DNA of 64,000 nt from a virus: the IMG/VR virus record IMGVR_UViG_3300045988_175377. One strand, written 5' to 3'. Below, piece by piece: positions 44,188 through 54,871 of this stretch (the first letter of the stretch is position 1; each line of letters opens with the position of its first letter). The notes under the pieces are model-generated. The model saw only the letters and a program-made list of their open reading frames with translations, ran no database searches and was not told where the DNA came from. A program made the translations under genes and the position numbers.

Positions 44188-45380
44188 CATTCGATGACCG
44201 TTTTCTTTTCGACCCGAACGACGAGAATCTTTGGAAGACCGGAAGCATTGCCGACTGGTATAAAGGCAACGACATGTTCGAGATGGAGCATCCCGGATTG
44301 TTCGCGCAGACCCACCCGTGGTTCGTTGCGAACAAACTGTTCGCGGAGACAATGGTGAAAGCGAACAGCGAACTCGTTTCGAGTATCCTCGGAGCATTGT
44401 TCACGTGGAAGACATGCACGGTTGACCAACTACGTGCGGGACTTTCCATCAAAGGCGCTCCCGCTTTCGAACGTGACGAACCGAACCTGTATGGTGCGAT
44501 GAACCGTTTGGGAATCATCAACGTCGGTTTCAGTCAGGCGGAACGATTGTACGGTCAGACCGTGAATCATGTTTGGCTTTCACCGTCGAACAGTCCACGT
44601 CTTATCAACCGTGCGATGAAATTGTACGGGATGGAAAAGTGGATGCGTGAGACGATGGCGGTTTCCTATTACGCGGGGAATCGTTTCCATGTTCGGCATA
44701 ACACTTATGCGGCGCACGCGGGATTGATGTTGGCACGCGATTCACGTGTGAAATTTTCATCCGGTGATGGTTGGGGGAAATTCCGTAGCGTTGACCCACA
44801 GGCTGTTGCCGAGTCGAAGGTTGGCAAGGCTTGCGCTACCGATGTGGTGACGTTGTGCCGGAACAATGTGTTGGCGGGTATCGAAATCCAAACGTCCAAC
44901 AGCGAATTGGATAAGAAGATGCAGAACTGGGCGAAGATGCTCGCCTACTCTCCGATGAAACGTCGCGGACTCATCTGCGTATGGTTGCAGATACCGAAGG
45001 CGAACGAAGGTTACGAATCGTTCAATGCGGTGATACAACGCACGCAAGGCATGACGGAAATGGTCGTGGGCAATCCGACCGTGTCGCAACGAATGGGAGT
45101 CGCGGTTTGGGATGAATGGTTCGAGCATGGGATGCCGACCGACAGGTTCGGTGAATATACGGACATGAGTGGAACACGGCGCAACATTTTCTCCGACGAG
45201 TGGGTGCAATACACTCCGCAGGTTCGTGACGTTCGCAAAGTCAGCGAATGGGGTTGGGACGTGACGCGGGACATCATCAAAAAGGATTGGGGTTGGGACG
45301 TTTCCGGTTGGACGATGCCGGAAGCGTACCGTGGCGGTTTCTACGGTTTCATTGGAAAGGATTGCGATGGTCTCCACTGA
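44184..45380 (+). CDS. replication-relaxation-like family protein (actinobacterial conjugative element protein)
   Basis: 398 aa; resemblance to the Replic_Relax family recalled from memory; position next to the coupling ATPase. Confidence 0.35.
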   Translation: MTFDDRFLFDPNDENLWKTGSIADWYKGNDMFEMEHPGLFAQTHPWFVANKLFAETMVKANSELVSSILGALFTWKTCTVDQLRAGLSIKGAPAFERDEPNLYGAMNRLGIINVGFSQAERLYGQTVNHVWLSPSNSPRLINRAMKLYGMEKWMRETMAVSYYAGNRFHVRHNTYAAHAGLMLARDSRVKFSSGDGWGKFRSVDPQAVAESKVGKACATDVVTLCRNNVLAGIEIQTSNSELDKKMQNWAKMLAYSPMKRRGLICVWLQIPKANEGYESFNAVIQRTQGMTEMVVGNPTVSQRMGVAVWDEWFEHGMPTDRFGEYTDMSGTRRNIFSDEWVQYTPQVRDVRKVSEWGWDVTRDIIKKDWGWDVSGWTMPEAYRGGFYGFIGKDCDGLH

Positions 45381-45807
45381 GGAATCATTCCAACAGACGC
45401 AGGACGCGTTGGATGTAGCAAGATTGGAACGTGCGCGGGCTTTGCAACAGGTTCAGACATTATGTGAGACGGGACGTAGACATTTGGTCATTCCGTTTCT
45501 GATGGCGAACATGCAACGTGTTCCCGCATTACGGAAGATACGACTCTGGCAGTTGGATTCGATAATGTTCAACACTTCCCGGCGGATTGCGAACAAAACA
45601 ATCCGCGTCATGCGTGAAACCATCAACGATGATTCGAGTGTGAACGATGGTTACGTGACATTGGGTTGGGCTTTGGAGTCGAAGGAGAAAACCGTCCGGA
45701 TGACTACATGGCTTCTCCAATTGTCGTTACGTGAGAAGCTTTCCACTTTCCAGAAGCCGGAAGGTTTTCCATACGCGCAGTTGTATCAGCAGAGCACGAA
45801 TGATTAA
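45367..45807 (+). CDS. hypothetical protein
   Basis: ORF overlapping the upstream gene end. Confidence 0.35.
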   Translation: MVSTEESFQQTQDALDVARLERARALQQVQTLCETGRRHLVIPFLMANMQRVPALRKIRLWQLDSIMFNTSRRIANKTIRVMRETINDDSSVNDGYVTLGWALESKEKTVRMTTWLLQLSLREKLSTFQKPEGFPYAQLYQQSTND

Positions 45808-45833
45808 ACAAAAAAAGGAAAGGAAGGTAAAAC

Positions 45834-48494
45834 ATGGGTAATCCGAACTGGTATCAGATAACCAGAACATTGCAACAGCTTGACGCGGACGAGCAACGTT
45901 CGAAAATGGAAAGCATTCCAGCCGAACTGGATGGTTGCACCCTTCTCCTCATCAAGAAGGGCGAGGAGCCGGTCAAGGAATACATTTACGGCGACGGCGA
46001 GGGAATCATCAACGCCGGACAGTTGGCTGGATTCGATGCGAAATTGGTCGAAGACGACGACGGGCCGGTGTTGCCGGATGGCGTGAACAGTGCGGCACAT
46101 CCTCTTGTACCATTCCGCGCCCGGTTGAACTCGAAAAGCAACATGGAGAAAATGCGGACGAACTATTCCGGTGTTCGTACAAGTATCGAGAAGGTCATGC
46201 CGCCGGACAGTTACGTGAGCATCACCCTTCGCAATCAGGGATACTTCGAGCAGATTCGTATTCGCAATTGGATTAGCGACGAATACAATGCGGTGGAGGA
46301 TTCAAGCGAACTCGCTTCGACCAACACGATGTGCGCCCGTGTGAGTTTCGGTTGCCGTCAGGCTTCGCGTAACCGACAGCTTGCGCAGAAGATTGGTCAA
46401 ATCATCTGCCCGCTCATATCCAACATGTCCAGTCATGCGAGCCGTCCGAAATTCGGGTTGCTGTTCGTCACCATGCTGTTGGAAGTGTTGTCCGTGATTT
46501 GGAGTGTGTGCGGTCTTGCAAGAGGATACGTGATGGATGGGATTTTCCCATTGTTCCATTCCGCTTGGGGTTTCGGAATCGCGCTTCCGTTGCTTGCTGT
46601 GACGTTGGTCGTGTTCCTGTTCCTCATGCTGTTGTCGTGCATTCCGTTCGTTTACATTCCAAGACCTCAGATTGCCGGTGGCGCGGTGGCGCTCATGCTT
46701 TACCTGCTGTTGGGGTTGCTTCCGCTCCCGACATTCATTCCGATTCTTTTCGTTCCTCTTCTTGTATTCGCGTTCATCCGTTGGAAGAACTGGACGTTGT
46801 GGGATGACATTTTCCAAACGCCACGAAGATATTATGCGATTGCGAACGACCGTGGCGCGAACGAGTCCGATAATCAGACCCGTCTTGGCGTGCGCACGCA
46901 TAAGGAGCGCGTGTCGGCTTATGGTGCGCAACGTACCACGTTGATTCTTCCTCCGATTATCGTAAGCTCCGTGTTCACTCCGGTCACTCAGGGAGTGGCG
47001 ATGAAACAGGAATTGCATCCCGTTCCGGAAGTATTGTCGCATGATGGCATCTTCCTTGGGAAGGATGATACGGGACGTAACTGTTATCTTGACCCGTCGC
47101 AATTGTTCGGCGGTATCGCCATCAACGGCGAGGCCGGTTCCGGTAAGACCGTGCTCACCCATGGCATCAGCCAGTGGGCCATCAGCGCACGCGAGACCAC
47201 CAGTCCGAAAATCTGGGGGCGCGACTCCCGTATCATCCATTTTTGGATGAAGGATGATACCGGTGTTAACGTGTTGGAACGTTATCGCAAACGTCACGTT
47301 TTCACCAGTCCGCAACGCGTCGTCTATTTGGCCGACCCGAACAGTGTGTGCTTGGACATGCTCGGCATGAAGGACGGGAATAATGCGATGGAGACTGCGG
47401 CGAGCGTGGCGAAGACCATGCGTTACTCGTTCGATGACGGTGATATTCTGAACGACTCGCAGAACATCATCACCCAAGCGTTGACCATCGGCGTGGCGGT
47501 TGACCGTTACGTGCAGGAGGAACGCAAGCATAATCCCGAATCCGCGAACAAGGATTGGGAAAGCGAGATTGTGAAACGTTGCCATCAGCTCGAACAATCG
47601 TATCCGGGTGCGGAACAGTTGCGAATGCAGTTGAGTCCAATCGGATGGGCCGTCGTCGCATTATGCGGTTCCGACGGTCAGGCCGGTTCCGCGAAAGCGT
47701 TGGGTCATGTGTGCCGCGCGTTGAGTATGGAATTGAAGAGTGGCTACATGTTCGAGGAGATGACGTATGCCGCCCGTGCCGCCGAGCAATTGTATGGCCG
47801 TCCGGACGCGGCTGGTCATACGGTTCGTTCCGACCGTGACATTCTCGCCAAGACGAACGCCTCGTTGAACAAGGTGAATCAGTTCCTTCCCATCGAACAC
47901 ATGTTCACGGCACGTCGTGGCAGAGTGACTTGGACGAACATTCTCGACCATGCTGGCGATTATCACATTGTGCTCGCACCTCATAATGGTTATTCGTTGC
48001 CGGAACGTATGGATAAGATTCTCGGCGGCTGGCTCATGTACCGTTTCTGGAATACGGTGTTCGCGCATTGCAAGGATTGGGATAAGGCTGGCAAGTGGAC
48101 GATGCTCGTGTGTGACGAGTTGAGCTTGTTGGCTAACGGCAATGACGGTATCATGCCCGCGTTGCGTGAGCAGGGTCGTTCGTTCGGTCTTCTTCTCGTG
48201 TTCGCCACCCAGTATCCGACCCAGTTGTCCGACGCGATGTTGGATTCGTTCATCGGCTATTCGACGTTCATCACATACAATACGACGATTCCGCGTATTG
48301 CCGATATGACGGCGAAACGTTTGACAAACAATGACGGTGAGGATGGTTGGCGTTCGGGCGCGGTCATGAATCTTCCACGTTATGCGGCGGCTGTTCGCAC
48401 TCGAACCCAAGAACAGTTGCAACCGACATTCCTTGTTCATGTGAACGATTTCGATAACGGTTATCGCAATGGTGACATGGACGATGATGACTAG
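45834..48494 (+). CDS. FtsK/VirD4-like conjugative coupling ATPase (T4CP/TcpA-like) with polytopic N-terminal membrane domain
   Basis: Several N-terminal TM helices; Walker A GEAGSGKTVLT; Walker B MLVCDELSLL; FATQYPTQL motif. Confidence 0.55.
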   Translation: MGNPNWYQITRTLQQLDADEQRSKMESIPAELDGCTLLLIKKGEEPVKEYIYGDGEGIINAGQLAGFDAKLVEDDDGPVLPDGVNSAAHPLVPFRARLNSKSNMEKMRTNYSGVRTSIEKVMPPDSYVSITLRNQGYFEQIRIRNWISDEYNAVEDSSELASTNTMCARVSFGCRQASRNRQLAQKIGQIICPLISNMSSHASRPKFGLLFVTMLLEVLSVIWSVCGLARGYVMDGIFPLFHSAWGFGIALPLLAVTLVVFLFLMLLSCIPFVYIPRPQIAGGAVALMLYLLLGLLPLPTFIPILFVPLLVFAFIRWKNWTLWDDIFQTPRRYYAIANDRGANESDNQTRLGVRTHKERVSAYGAQRTTLILPPIIVSSVFTPVTQGVAMKQELHPVPEVLSHDGIFLGKDDTGRNCYLDPSQLFGGIAINGEAGSGKTVLTHGISQWAISARETTSPKIWGRDSRIIHFWMKDDTGVNVLERYRKRHVFTSPQRVVYLADPNSVCLDMLGMKDGNNAMETAASVAKTMRYSFDDGDILNDSQNIITQALTIGVAVDRYVQEERKHNPESANKDWESEIVKRCHQLEQSYPGAEQLRMQLSPIGWAVVALCGSDGQAGSAKALGHVCRALSMELKSGYMFEEMTYAARAAEQLYGRPDAAGHTVRSDRDILAKTNASLNKVNQFLPIEHMFTARRGRVTWTNILDHAGDYHIVLAPHNGYSLPERMDKILGGWLMYRFWNTVFAHCKDWDKAGKWTMLVCDELSLLANGNDGIMPALREQGRSFGLLLVFATQYPTQLSDAMLDSFIGYSTFITYNTTIPRIADMTAKRLTNNDGEDGWRSGAVMNLPRYAAAVRTRTQEQLQPTFLVHVNDFDNGYRNGDMDDDD

Positions 48495-48660
48495 CTTTTA
48501 GCGTTCATCATATCGCTTTTCAAAATCCGTTCGGAACTTTCAACTTCCGGACGGATTTTTTATACCTAAAAACCTCGCTATGGCTGGAAACAACCGCGTA
48601 GGTTGATAGGATGAAAAATGCAGGAGAGTTCCGTTTGGAAAACGAAAGGGAACTCAAAAA

Positions 48661-49005
48661 ATGGGTGGAACCATTACCTTGGCTGGAAGCAGCCTTGAGA
48701 GCACCTATCATAAGATGTTCGACACCATTTTGAGCAGTAGCGCGGGAACCGTGTTGACCAACATCGGTCTTGCCGCAGCAGTGCTTCTCGCACTCGGCCT
48801 TATCGCCGGTGGCATTTGCAAGGCGTTGGGACGCCAAAACAAGCTCGTGCAGATGTTCTGCCCGAACATCGGACGTATTCTCGTCGTCCTCGCAGTCGGA
48901 TTCATTCTCGCTGGCCCGACCATCACCATTCCGGCAATTCTTAAGTTGATTGACTGGTTCGTTGACGCGGTTGGCGGCAGTGGAAAGACCTATCTGGGAA
49001 TCTGA
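48661..49005 (+). CDS. small membrane protein, candidate T4SS pilin/VirB2-like component
   Basis: 114 aa with two long hydrophobic helices; position in the transfer block. Confidence 0.35.
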   Translation: MGGTITLAGSSLESTYHKMFDTILSSSAGTVLTNIGLAAAVLLALGLIAGGICKALGRQNKLVQMFCPNIGRILVVLAVGFILAGPTITIPAILKLIDWFVDAVGGSGKTYLGI

Positions 49006-49110
49006 CATCCGCAGAGGGAAAACCGGAGTGGATATGCGAAGAGGACCTTTCCGGTTCTGTTCCCACTCCGGTTTTCTTTTAAGAACCTTACGTACGAAAA
49101 GAGTTGAATC

Positions 49111-49533
49111 ATGAGCGATGAGGAAGACGAAGGATACAAAGGTCCCTTGCATCCGAGGTTGACGATGGACGACATCACGGAAGTGTCCGGCCCGGAGGAA
49201 ATCGAACGGAAGAACACGTTCCAGATAACCAAGAACACTGAGGCCCGTTCCAAAACCGTGTTCTCCGTTATCGTCGGCGCATTGGCGGGCTTGGCTCTTT
49301 GCCTCATATTCGCCCCGTTGCTCGGATACATGTTCAGCTCGTTCTTCGTACTGTTGGGCGGAATACTGGCTCCGTTCTTCGCAGTCGGCACCATTAGAGA
49401 CCGCACCCAACAGACACGGTGGAAGAGAACCTTGCAGGATATGAAGAGCCGCAAGATTGAAGGGCAGGTCTTCTACCCGAATTCCACTCAGCCGGAAAAC
49501 ATTATCGACCTTCAAGAAATGGAAATCCGTTGA
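49111..49533 (+). CDS. small membrane protein, candidate VirB3/PrgI-like component
   Basis: 140 aa with a central double hydrophobic helix; overlaps the downstream gene by 4 nt. Confidence 0.35.
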   Translation: MSDEEDEGYKGPLHPRLTMDDITEVSGPEEIERKNTFQITKNTEARSKTVFSVIVGALAGLALCLIFAPLLGYMFSSFFVLLGGILAPFFAVGTIRDRTQQTRWKRTLQDMKSRKIEGQVFYPNSTQPENIIDLQEMEIR

Positions 49534-52500
49534 ATACAAAATATCGAGACCCAGTGAAACGGGCGGGTAGAAGGAACCTGCTCGTCATTCTGATGTTGTG
49601 CGTGGTCATGACATTGTTCGTCTTGCCGTCCAGCGTGTTCGCCGCACAGGTCAACGATTCGACCACGACGATAACATGCGCCAACGGCGGGACTGACAGT
49701 GCTACATCAGACATCTCTAGTTGTCTTCCTTCCGGACGTTGGGGAAACTACGTTGGGGAAATCACTTCGCGTACGGAACCGTACAGTGGCAGCGATGTCG
49801 CCGGTTGGTTCTCGAACGTCAAGCAGACCATCAGCTCGCAGACCCATATCGTCCTTCCCAACATTCTGATGCAGTTGACTCAGGTCTGCTGGTCTTCCGC
49901 ATTGTCCATCAGCCAGTTCGCCGCTTCGTTCGAACCGATGAAACAGGCTGGTGCGAACATCGACTCCGCAGTGTCCACCATGGTGACGAGTCTGATGGAC
50001 GGCGGTATCCCCGCCACCATCGCAGTGCTCGGCATCGTGGCTTGGGTTGGCGCGGCTGGATTCCAAATAGGCACCGTCAAAGAGGCGAGCAAACGAATCG
50101 TCATCATGGTTCTCTGCTTCGCTTCAATCACGATGCTTGGAGCTGGAGCGGCCAAGACCGGGAAGAACGCCACAGAACCGGCGACCGGAAGCCCATGGTG
50201 GGTCGTGCAGACAATCAACAACACCATCAACAAGCTTTCGGTCAACCTCGACCTTGACGGTATGGCCGACAGTGATAAAAACATGATGTCCTACCATCAT
50301 GCGGCGAACGGTGCGAAAACCAATTGTCAGGATTACCTGTACTTCATGCATCAGGCGTATGACGAACAGGCGAAGTCCAACGGCAATCAGGATACAAGCA
50401 ACGTCACCAAGGCCATCAACCGTATTTGGGAGGAGACCTCTCTTCGCTCGTTCGTGACCATGCAGTACGGAAACCCGCAGACCACCGGAACATCCTCGTT
50501 CCGTATCGCGGAAAACGCCCGGCAAGGTTACTGCCACGTGTTGGAGATGAAAGCCAACACGAACACGACCATCCAGAAGGATTTGACCAACAAGGCCATG
50601 GCGTTGCATATCAGCGACCAGCGAGCCAAATGGTTGTTCTCCGTGGACGGTTGGGTAGACCCGCGTAATCCTTACTTCACCGACAAGCCGTTGGAAAGGG
50701 AGAACGCGACATATCTCAGCCGTGCGGGCGTGTTCTGGGAAACCTGTGGCACGAAACGCAATCAGGAAATCTACGCGCGAGCCGGATGGGCGACACTCAT
50801 CAACAATCTCGGTGACACGGGAACCAAGAACATCAAGAACGGCAGTACGAAAGTACGTGTCAAAATTGACGACTTGGACAATGTGAAACCGACCAACGGT
50901 GGCAAAGGCGTGATGGACGCGAAACAGAACGGCAGTGAAGACGAAACCATCCAACAGACCACTTCGGTCTGCCAGACGATTCTCAAACAGGGTTCCGTAA
51001 TCTTCTCCCGTTCCACCGATATCAACAAGGAGGACGACGGAACCTATAAAGACCAGCAGAACGACACAAACTGGGGTGACTCCGCCACGGTCGGATGGCG
51101 TTTCGACGTGCCGAACGTTTCCGGAACTTGGAGTGAGGCGAATCTTCGTGACGCTCAGGATGATTCCACTGTCACGGGCGGTGCGAAGAAAACCATCGAC
51201 TACATGTATGGCAACAACAACGTCGATACGTTGGGTGCTTGCGGAACACTTATCGGAGGCATCGTCAATCTTGTGGTCTGGGGATTGTTGAGCCTTGTTC
51301 TAATACTGACGAAGCTCATGATGATAATGATGGCGTTGTTCCTCGTGGTCACGTTCCTTGTCCAAGCGTTCCCGATTGGCGAGAAGCCGAAGAAGGCGTT
51401 GAAGAACTGGGCGACGTACACCTGCCAGTTGAGTATGGTAGGAGCGTTGTACGGTGCGCTCGGCGCTCTCGCAACATTCATTTGTGGCCTGACGTTGAAG
51501 TTCACCTCTGCCAGCAGTGGTTCGTTCACCTACCAGTTGATTGCGGGATTGAGTCCGCTGTTGGCTCTCGCCGCAATCGGCATGTTCTGTTCGAAAGTGT
51601 TGAAGTGTGGTAATCCGTTCAGCGTCAACGCTCTCATGGGCATGGCGGGTGGAACCGCAATGGCGTCCGGTCTTCGCAAGGGAATGCACATGATTGGACA
51701 GTACCGTATGATGCAAGCCATGCGTGGCGGATTCCGTCGTGGCGGCAATGGTGTCGGACGTTTGTCCACGAACGGTACCGGCGCTGGCATGGCCCATAAC
51801 GGAGCACGTCAAAGCGAGACCGTCCTAAGCAAGATGAGCCGCGCGCAACAGGATTCGTTGAGTCAGGGCGATAGGAATCTGATGAATCGTAACGCCAAGG
51901 AGTTCGAGGCGATTCAGACGCGCGGACGCGGAAGCAAGAACTGGGCACGAATGGACAAGAACACGGTGAGAGGAAGTCTTGCCGGTGCGAAACTCCATTT
52001 TGAGGATTCCACGGGCAAGTTCAAGGGACGGTTGAACAAAGCCGTTTCCAAGTTCCATGGCGAGGACAATACGGAGGCGTTCGCCCATAGTATCGCCCAA
52101 CGTCACCCGGGCATGTCCCTCAACGATGTGCAACGCAAAGCGCAAAGGATGAACCATCTGAACAATGCCGGACGCAAACTCCAAGGTGCGGCAAGAGTCG
52201 CCGGAGCCGGAGCCGCAATGGCCGGTGCTGGTCTCGCTTTCGCCGCACGAGCCGCGAAGAGCGCGCCTTTGCGTAACGTAGCCGCACGCGGGGCGAAGGT
52301 CGCCGCGAAAGCCGCTGTCACCGGAGCTTTGTTCTCCAATCCGATTACCGCACCGTTGGGATTGATTGCCGCTGGAAAGCTGGCTACCGACCGTGACGCG
52401 TGGCATGGTGCCGCACAAGTAGGTAAAGGCATCGCGCACGCTGGTGGGAAGGGATTGCAGTTAGGCCATGACGCTTTGCAGAAGCGACTCGACCGCACTC

Positions 52501-53486
52501 AGAGAATCATCGACATGGCTAACGGTGACGCTCCGTTGCCGTCGCCGTTCACTGGAACTGGTGATGGCAATGGGGGAGCCGGTGGTCCGGTTCCCACACC
52601 GTCCGGTTCGGATAATGGAGCCGGTAGTGCGATGCCGACTTCGGATGGGGCGCCGACCGAAACGATTCCAACTTCCGATGGAGCGCAACAGGCTCCCCGA
52701 ATGGGAGAGAACGAAGCGTTCAATCAGGTACGTGCGGGAATGATGGCCGACTTCGTGGATAACCAGCACATGTCTCAAGAGGATGCGGAACAGGCTTTCC
52801 AAGAAGCCGTGGCCTCCGGTGAAGTCGATAATTCTGTCCAAGCGTATATAAGCCAAAACAATCAATCTCCTATCGAGAATGCGACGGCTCAACCTGAGAT
52901 GAATGCCAATCAGCCGGTGTACAACACTGAGACAGGTGAGATTGTCGGTGAGACCCTACCCTCCGGAACGATGGACGCCGCCGTGTCCGCCGCCTCCACT
53001 TGGCAGAACGCGACCGGAAACACGACTCCGATGCCTGAATCGGTGAACAATGCACTGCAACAGGCATACATGCGCGAGAATCCGGTACAGCAGTCTCCGG
53101 AAGAGCATTTGCGGATGGCGCAGGAGGAGTGGACTAGGACGACTGGTCTTCCGAGCGATATGATGCCTGCGAGTGCGGAACGTGCCATGAATCCGAATGG
53201 AATTCAGCCGAGTAGAGAATTCACGGTTGATTCCGGTCGGACGCAACAGCAGGGTTCGGTACAGGCGCAAGCTCCGCGACAGCAGTCTCAACCGCAGCCA
53301 CAAGCTCAGGTGAGGCAGCAGCCGTCGGTTCGAATGCAACCGCCAACCACACCGTCACCGACCGTCAAACAGCCAGTGGACGCCAACCCGTCAAACCTGA
53401 CAGGTTTCCCCTCCGTAGGCAATCTTCACATGAAGAAACCGCCGACCGGAGGACAGCCGACACCCAAACCGCCGTTCATGAAGTGA
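49530..53486 (+). CDS. large polytopic membrane protein (1318 aa), VirB6/TrbL/ConG-like T4SS channel component with Ala/Gly/Pro-rich C-terminal extension
   Basis: Signal peptide, large extracytoplasmic N-domain, cluster of ~6 TM helices (residues ~570-720), long low-complexity C-terminus. Confidence 0.5.
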   Translation: MNTKYRDPVKRAGRRNLLVILMLCVVMTLFVLPSSVFAAQVNDSTTTITCANGGTDSATSDISSCLPSGRWGNYVGEITSRTEPYSGSDVAGWFSNVKQTISSQTHIVLPNILMQLTQVCWSSALSISQFAASFEPMKQAGANIDSAVSTMVTSLMDGGIPATIAVLGIVAWVGAAGFQIGTVKEASKRIVIMVLCFASITMLGAGAAKTGKNATEPATGSPWWVVQTINNTINKLSVNLDLDGMADSDKNMMSYHHAANGAKTNCQDYLYFMHQAYDEQAKSNGNQDTSNVTKAINRIWEETSLRSFVTMQYGNPQTTGTSSFRIAENARQGYCHVLEMKANTNTTIQKDLTNKAMALHISDQRAKWLFSVDGWVDPRNPYFTDKPLERENATYLSRAGVFWETCGTKRNQEIYARAGWATLINNLGDTGTKNIKNGSTKVRVKIDDLDNVKPTNGGKGVMDAKQNGSEDETIQQTTSVCQTILKQGSVIFSRSTDINKEDDGTYKDQQNDTNWGDSATVGWRFDVPNVSGTWSEANLRDAQDDSTVTGGAKKTIDYMYGNNNVDTLGACGTLIGGIVNLVVWGLLSLVLILTKLMMIMMALFLVVTFLVQAFPIGEKPKKALKNWATYTCQLSMVGALYGALGALATFICGLTLKFTSASSGSFTYQLIAGLSPLLALAAIGMFCSKVLKCGNPFSVNALMGMAGGTAMASGLRKGMHMIGQYRMMQAMRGGFRRGGNGVGRLSTNGTGAGMAHNGARQSETVLSKMSRAQQDSLSQGDRNLMNRNAKEFEAIQTRGRGSKNWARMDKNTVRGSLAGAKLHFEDSTGKFKGRLNKAVSKFHGEDNTEAFAHSIAQRHPGMSLNDVQRKAQRMNHLNNAGRKLQGAARVAGAGAAMAGAGLAFAARAAKSAPLRNVAARGAKVAAKAAVTGALFSNPITAPLGLIAAGKLATDRDAWHGAAQVGKGIAHAGGKGLQLGHDALQKRLDRTQRIIDMANGDAPLPSPFTGTGDGNGGAGGPVPTPSGSDNGAGSAMPTSDGAPTETIPTSDGAQQAPRMGENEAFNQVRAGMMADFVDNQHMSQEDAEQAFQEAVASGEVDNSVQAYISQNNQSPIENATAQPEMNANQPVYNTETGEIVGETLPSGTMDAAVSAASTWQNATGNTTPMPESVNNALQQAYMRENPVQQSPEEHLRMAQEEWTRTTGLPSDMMPASAERAMNPNGIQPSREFTVDSGRTQQQGSVQAQAPRQQSQPQPQAQVRQQPSVRMQPPTTPSPTVKQPVDANPSNLTGFPSVGNLHMKKPPTGGQPTPKPPFMK

Positions 53487-53499
53487 CGTCGGTTTGACC

Positions 53500-53546
53500 A
53501 TCCGGCGTCGAATGTTTTGAGCATCTTCCACAGCATTCGACGCCGG
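53500..53546 (+). terminator. terminator-like inverted repeat
   Basis: CCGGCGTCGAATG-N19-CATTCGACGCCGG followed by TTTCCCTTTCG. Confidence 0.4.
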
Positions 53547-53587
53547 TTTCCCTTTCGTAAACCTTCCAACGTCAAGGAGATTAAAAA

Positions 53588-53941
53588 ATGGAAGAGGTAG
53601 GAAACCAAGCCGCTGACACTGCGGGACGAACGTTGGGTGACGTGCTCACTGTGTTCTTCTCTTGGGTGTTCACACCGACGGGCGCAATCCTCACTTTGTT
53701 GATGATTATTATTTGCGCCGGTAGTGTCGTGTTCGCAATCTTGCAGAAAAGCACCCGCGCGTTGATGACCGCGTTGACCATCTGCGCGTTCCTGTTGTTC
53801 GTGTGGATTATCACCGGTGTCTTGGAGGTCATGGGTTTGCCCGTGCGTGAATGGATGAAGGATATCGCGGCCCAGATGCCTGATATCGGTTCACTGTTCA
53901 TGGAGTTCCTTCGCAAACTGGTGTTCACCGCTACCGAATGA
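53588..53941 (+). CDS. small membrane protein (117 aa)
   Basis: Three hydrophobic helices. Confidence 0.4.
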   Translation: MEEVGNQAADTAGRTLGDVLTVFFSWVFTPTGAILTLLMIIICAGSVVFAILQKSTRALMTALTICAFLLFVWIITGVLEVMGLPVREWMKDIAAQMPDIGSLFMEFLRKLVFTATE

Positions 53942-54178
53942 TTTTTGTTCGGCGGTAAAAACGAAAGAAGGCCGTATCCGTTTCATCGCGGACGCGGCTT
54001 TCTGTTTTTCTGTTCCGCCTGTAAACTTGTACGCCGTTCAACTGTTTTACTGGAATGTTTCTCCGAACGGTTTTCTGGTTCGGCGTGCCGACTTTTCGCC
54101 GTTGTTATCATCGAAACAAAAAGACATACCCCCACCATGATTCCGTCCACACCGGAAGCAGAAAAAGGAAACCAGAAC

Positions 54179-54841
54179 ATGAGAGTCAAAAACCATACGG
54201 TCATCATCACCGTCGCAATCATCAAAGGCGGTTCAGGAAAAACAACCACATCAATGGCATTGGCCGAACTATTGCACAAACGCGGGGAACAAGTCACAGT
54301 CTTGGACTCCGACAACACGGGCGGCGCGACCATGTGGGAAATGTACGTCGAACAGGAAAACCGCAGACGCAGACAGGACAATCCGGACGCGGAACCATAC
54401 ACGCTCGGCTTCCCCGTCGTGCAAACCAACGAAGCCGTATTGAACAATCCGGAACTCATCCGCGAAAAATATTCAGGCTGGGTCATCATCGACACCCCAC
54501 CGTCCGACGCGGGAGTGGTGCAGGCGGCGATAAACGCGGGCGACGTGGTGATAATCCCATGCCAGCCATCCGTATCCGATTTGACCCACGCGGGACGCAC
54601 ATACGCGGCGGCACGCAACGGCATCGTCCTGTTGACACGCGTGAAGCCGAGAACGAAACTCGCCCGGAACAGCATCAGCGAACTGGATGAGGAAGGCATC
54701 GCACGGTTCGAAACCGTCATCACGGAACGTGAAGCCGTCAAGAACATGTACGGCACAACCGAAATCGACAACAAGGAATATTCCAGCGTCGTGCAGGAAC
54801 TCATCGACTATCTGTCTGAAATCAATCTGGTGGAAGAATAA
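54179..54841 (+). CDS. parA: ParA-family partition ATPase
   Basis: Deviant Walker A IIKGGSGKTTTS; typical ParA length (~220 aa); ORF-track start at 53945 is too early. Confidence 0.8.
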   Translation: MRVKNHTVIITVAIIKGGSGKTTTSMALAELLHKRGEQVTVLDSDNTGGATMWEMYVEQENRRRRQDNPDAEPYTLGFPVVQTNEAVLNNPELIREKYSGWVIIDTPPSDAGVVQAAINAGDVVIIPCQPSVSDLTHAGRTYAAARNGIVLLTRVKPRTKLARNSISELDEEGIARFETVITEREAVKNMYGTTEIDNKEYSSVVQELIDYLSEINLVEE

Positions 54842-54871
54842 AAACAGGAGCAGGGGAGTAAGTAGGCAATC

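Noticed and set aside
45834-53486. Minus-strand ORFs (46302..47597, 47661..48440, 48520..49539, 50124..50954, 51300..52892) inside the transfer genes
   Set aside because: Antisense ORFs of GC-rich coding DNA with Arg/His-rich composition; fully nested in plus-strand genes with clear domain content.
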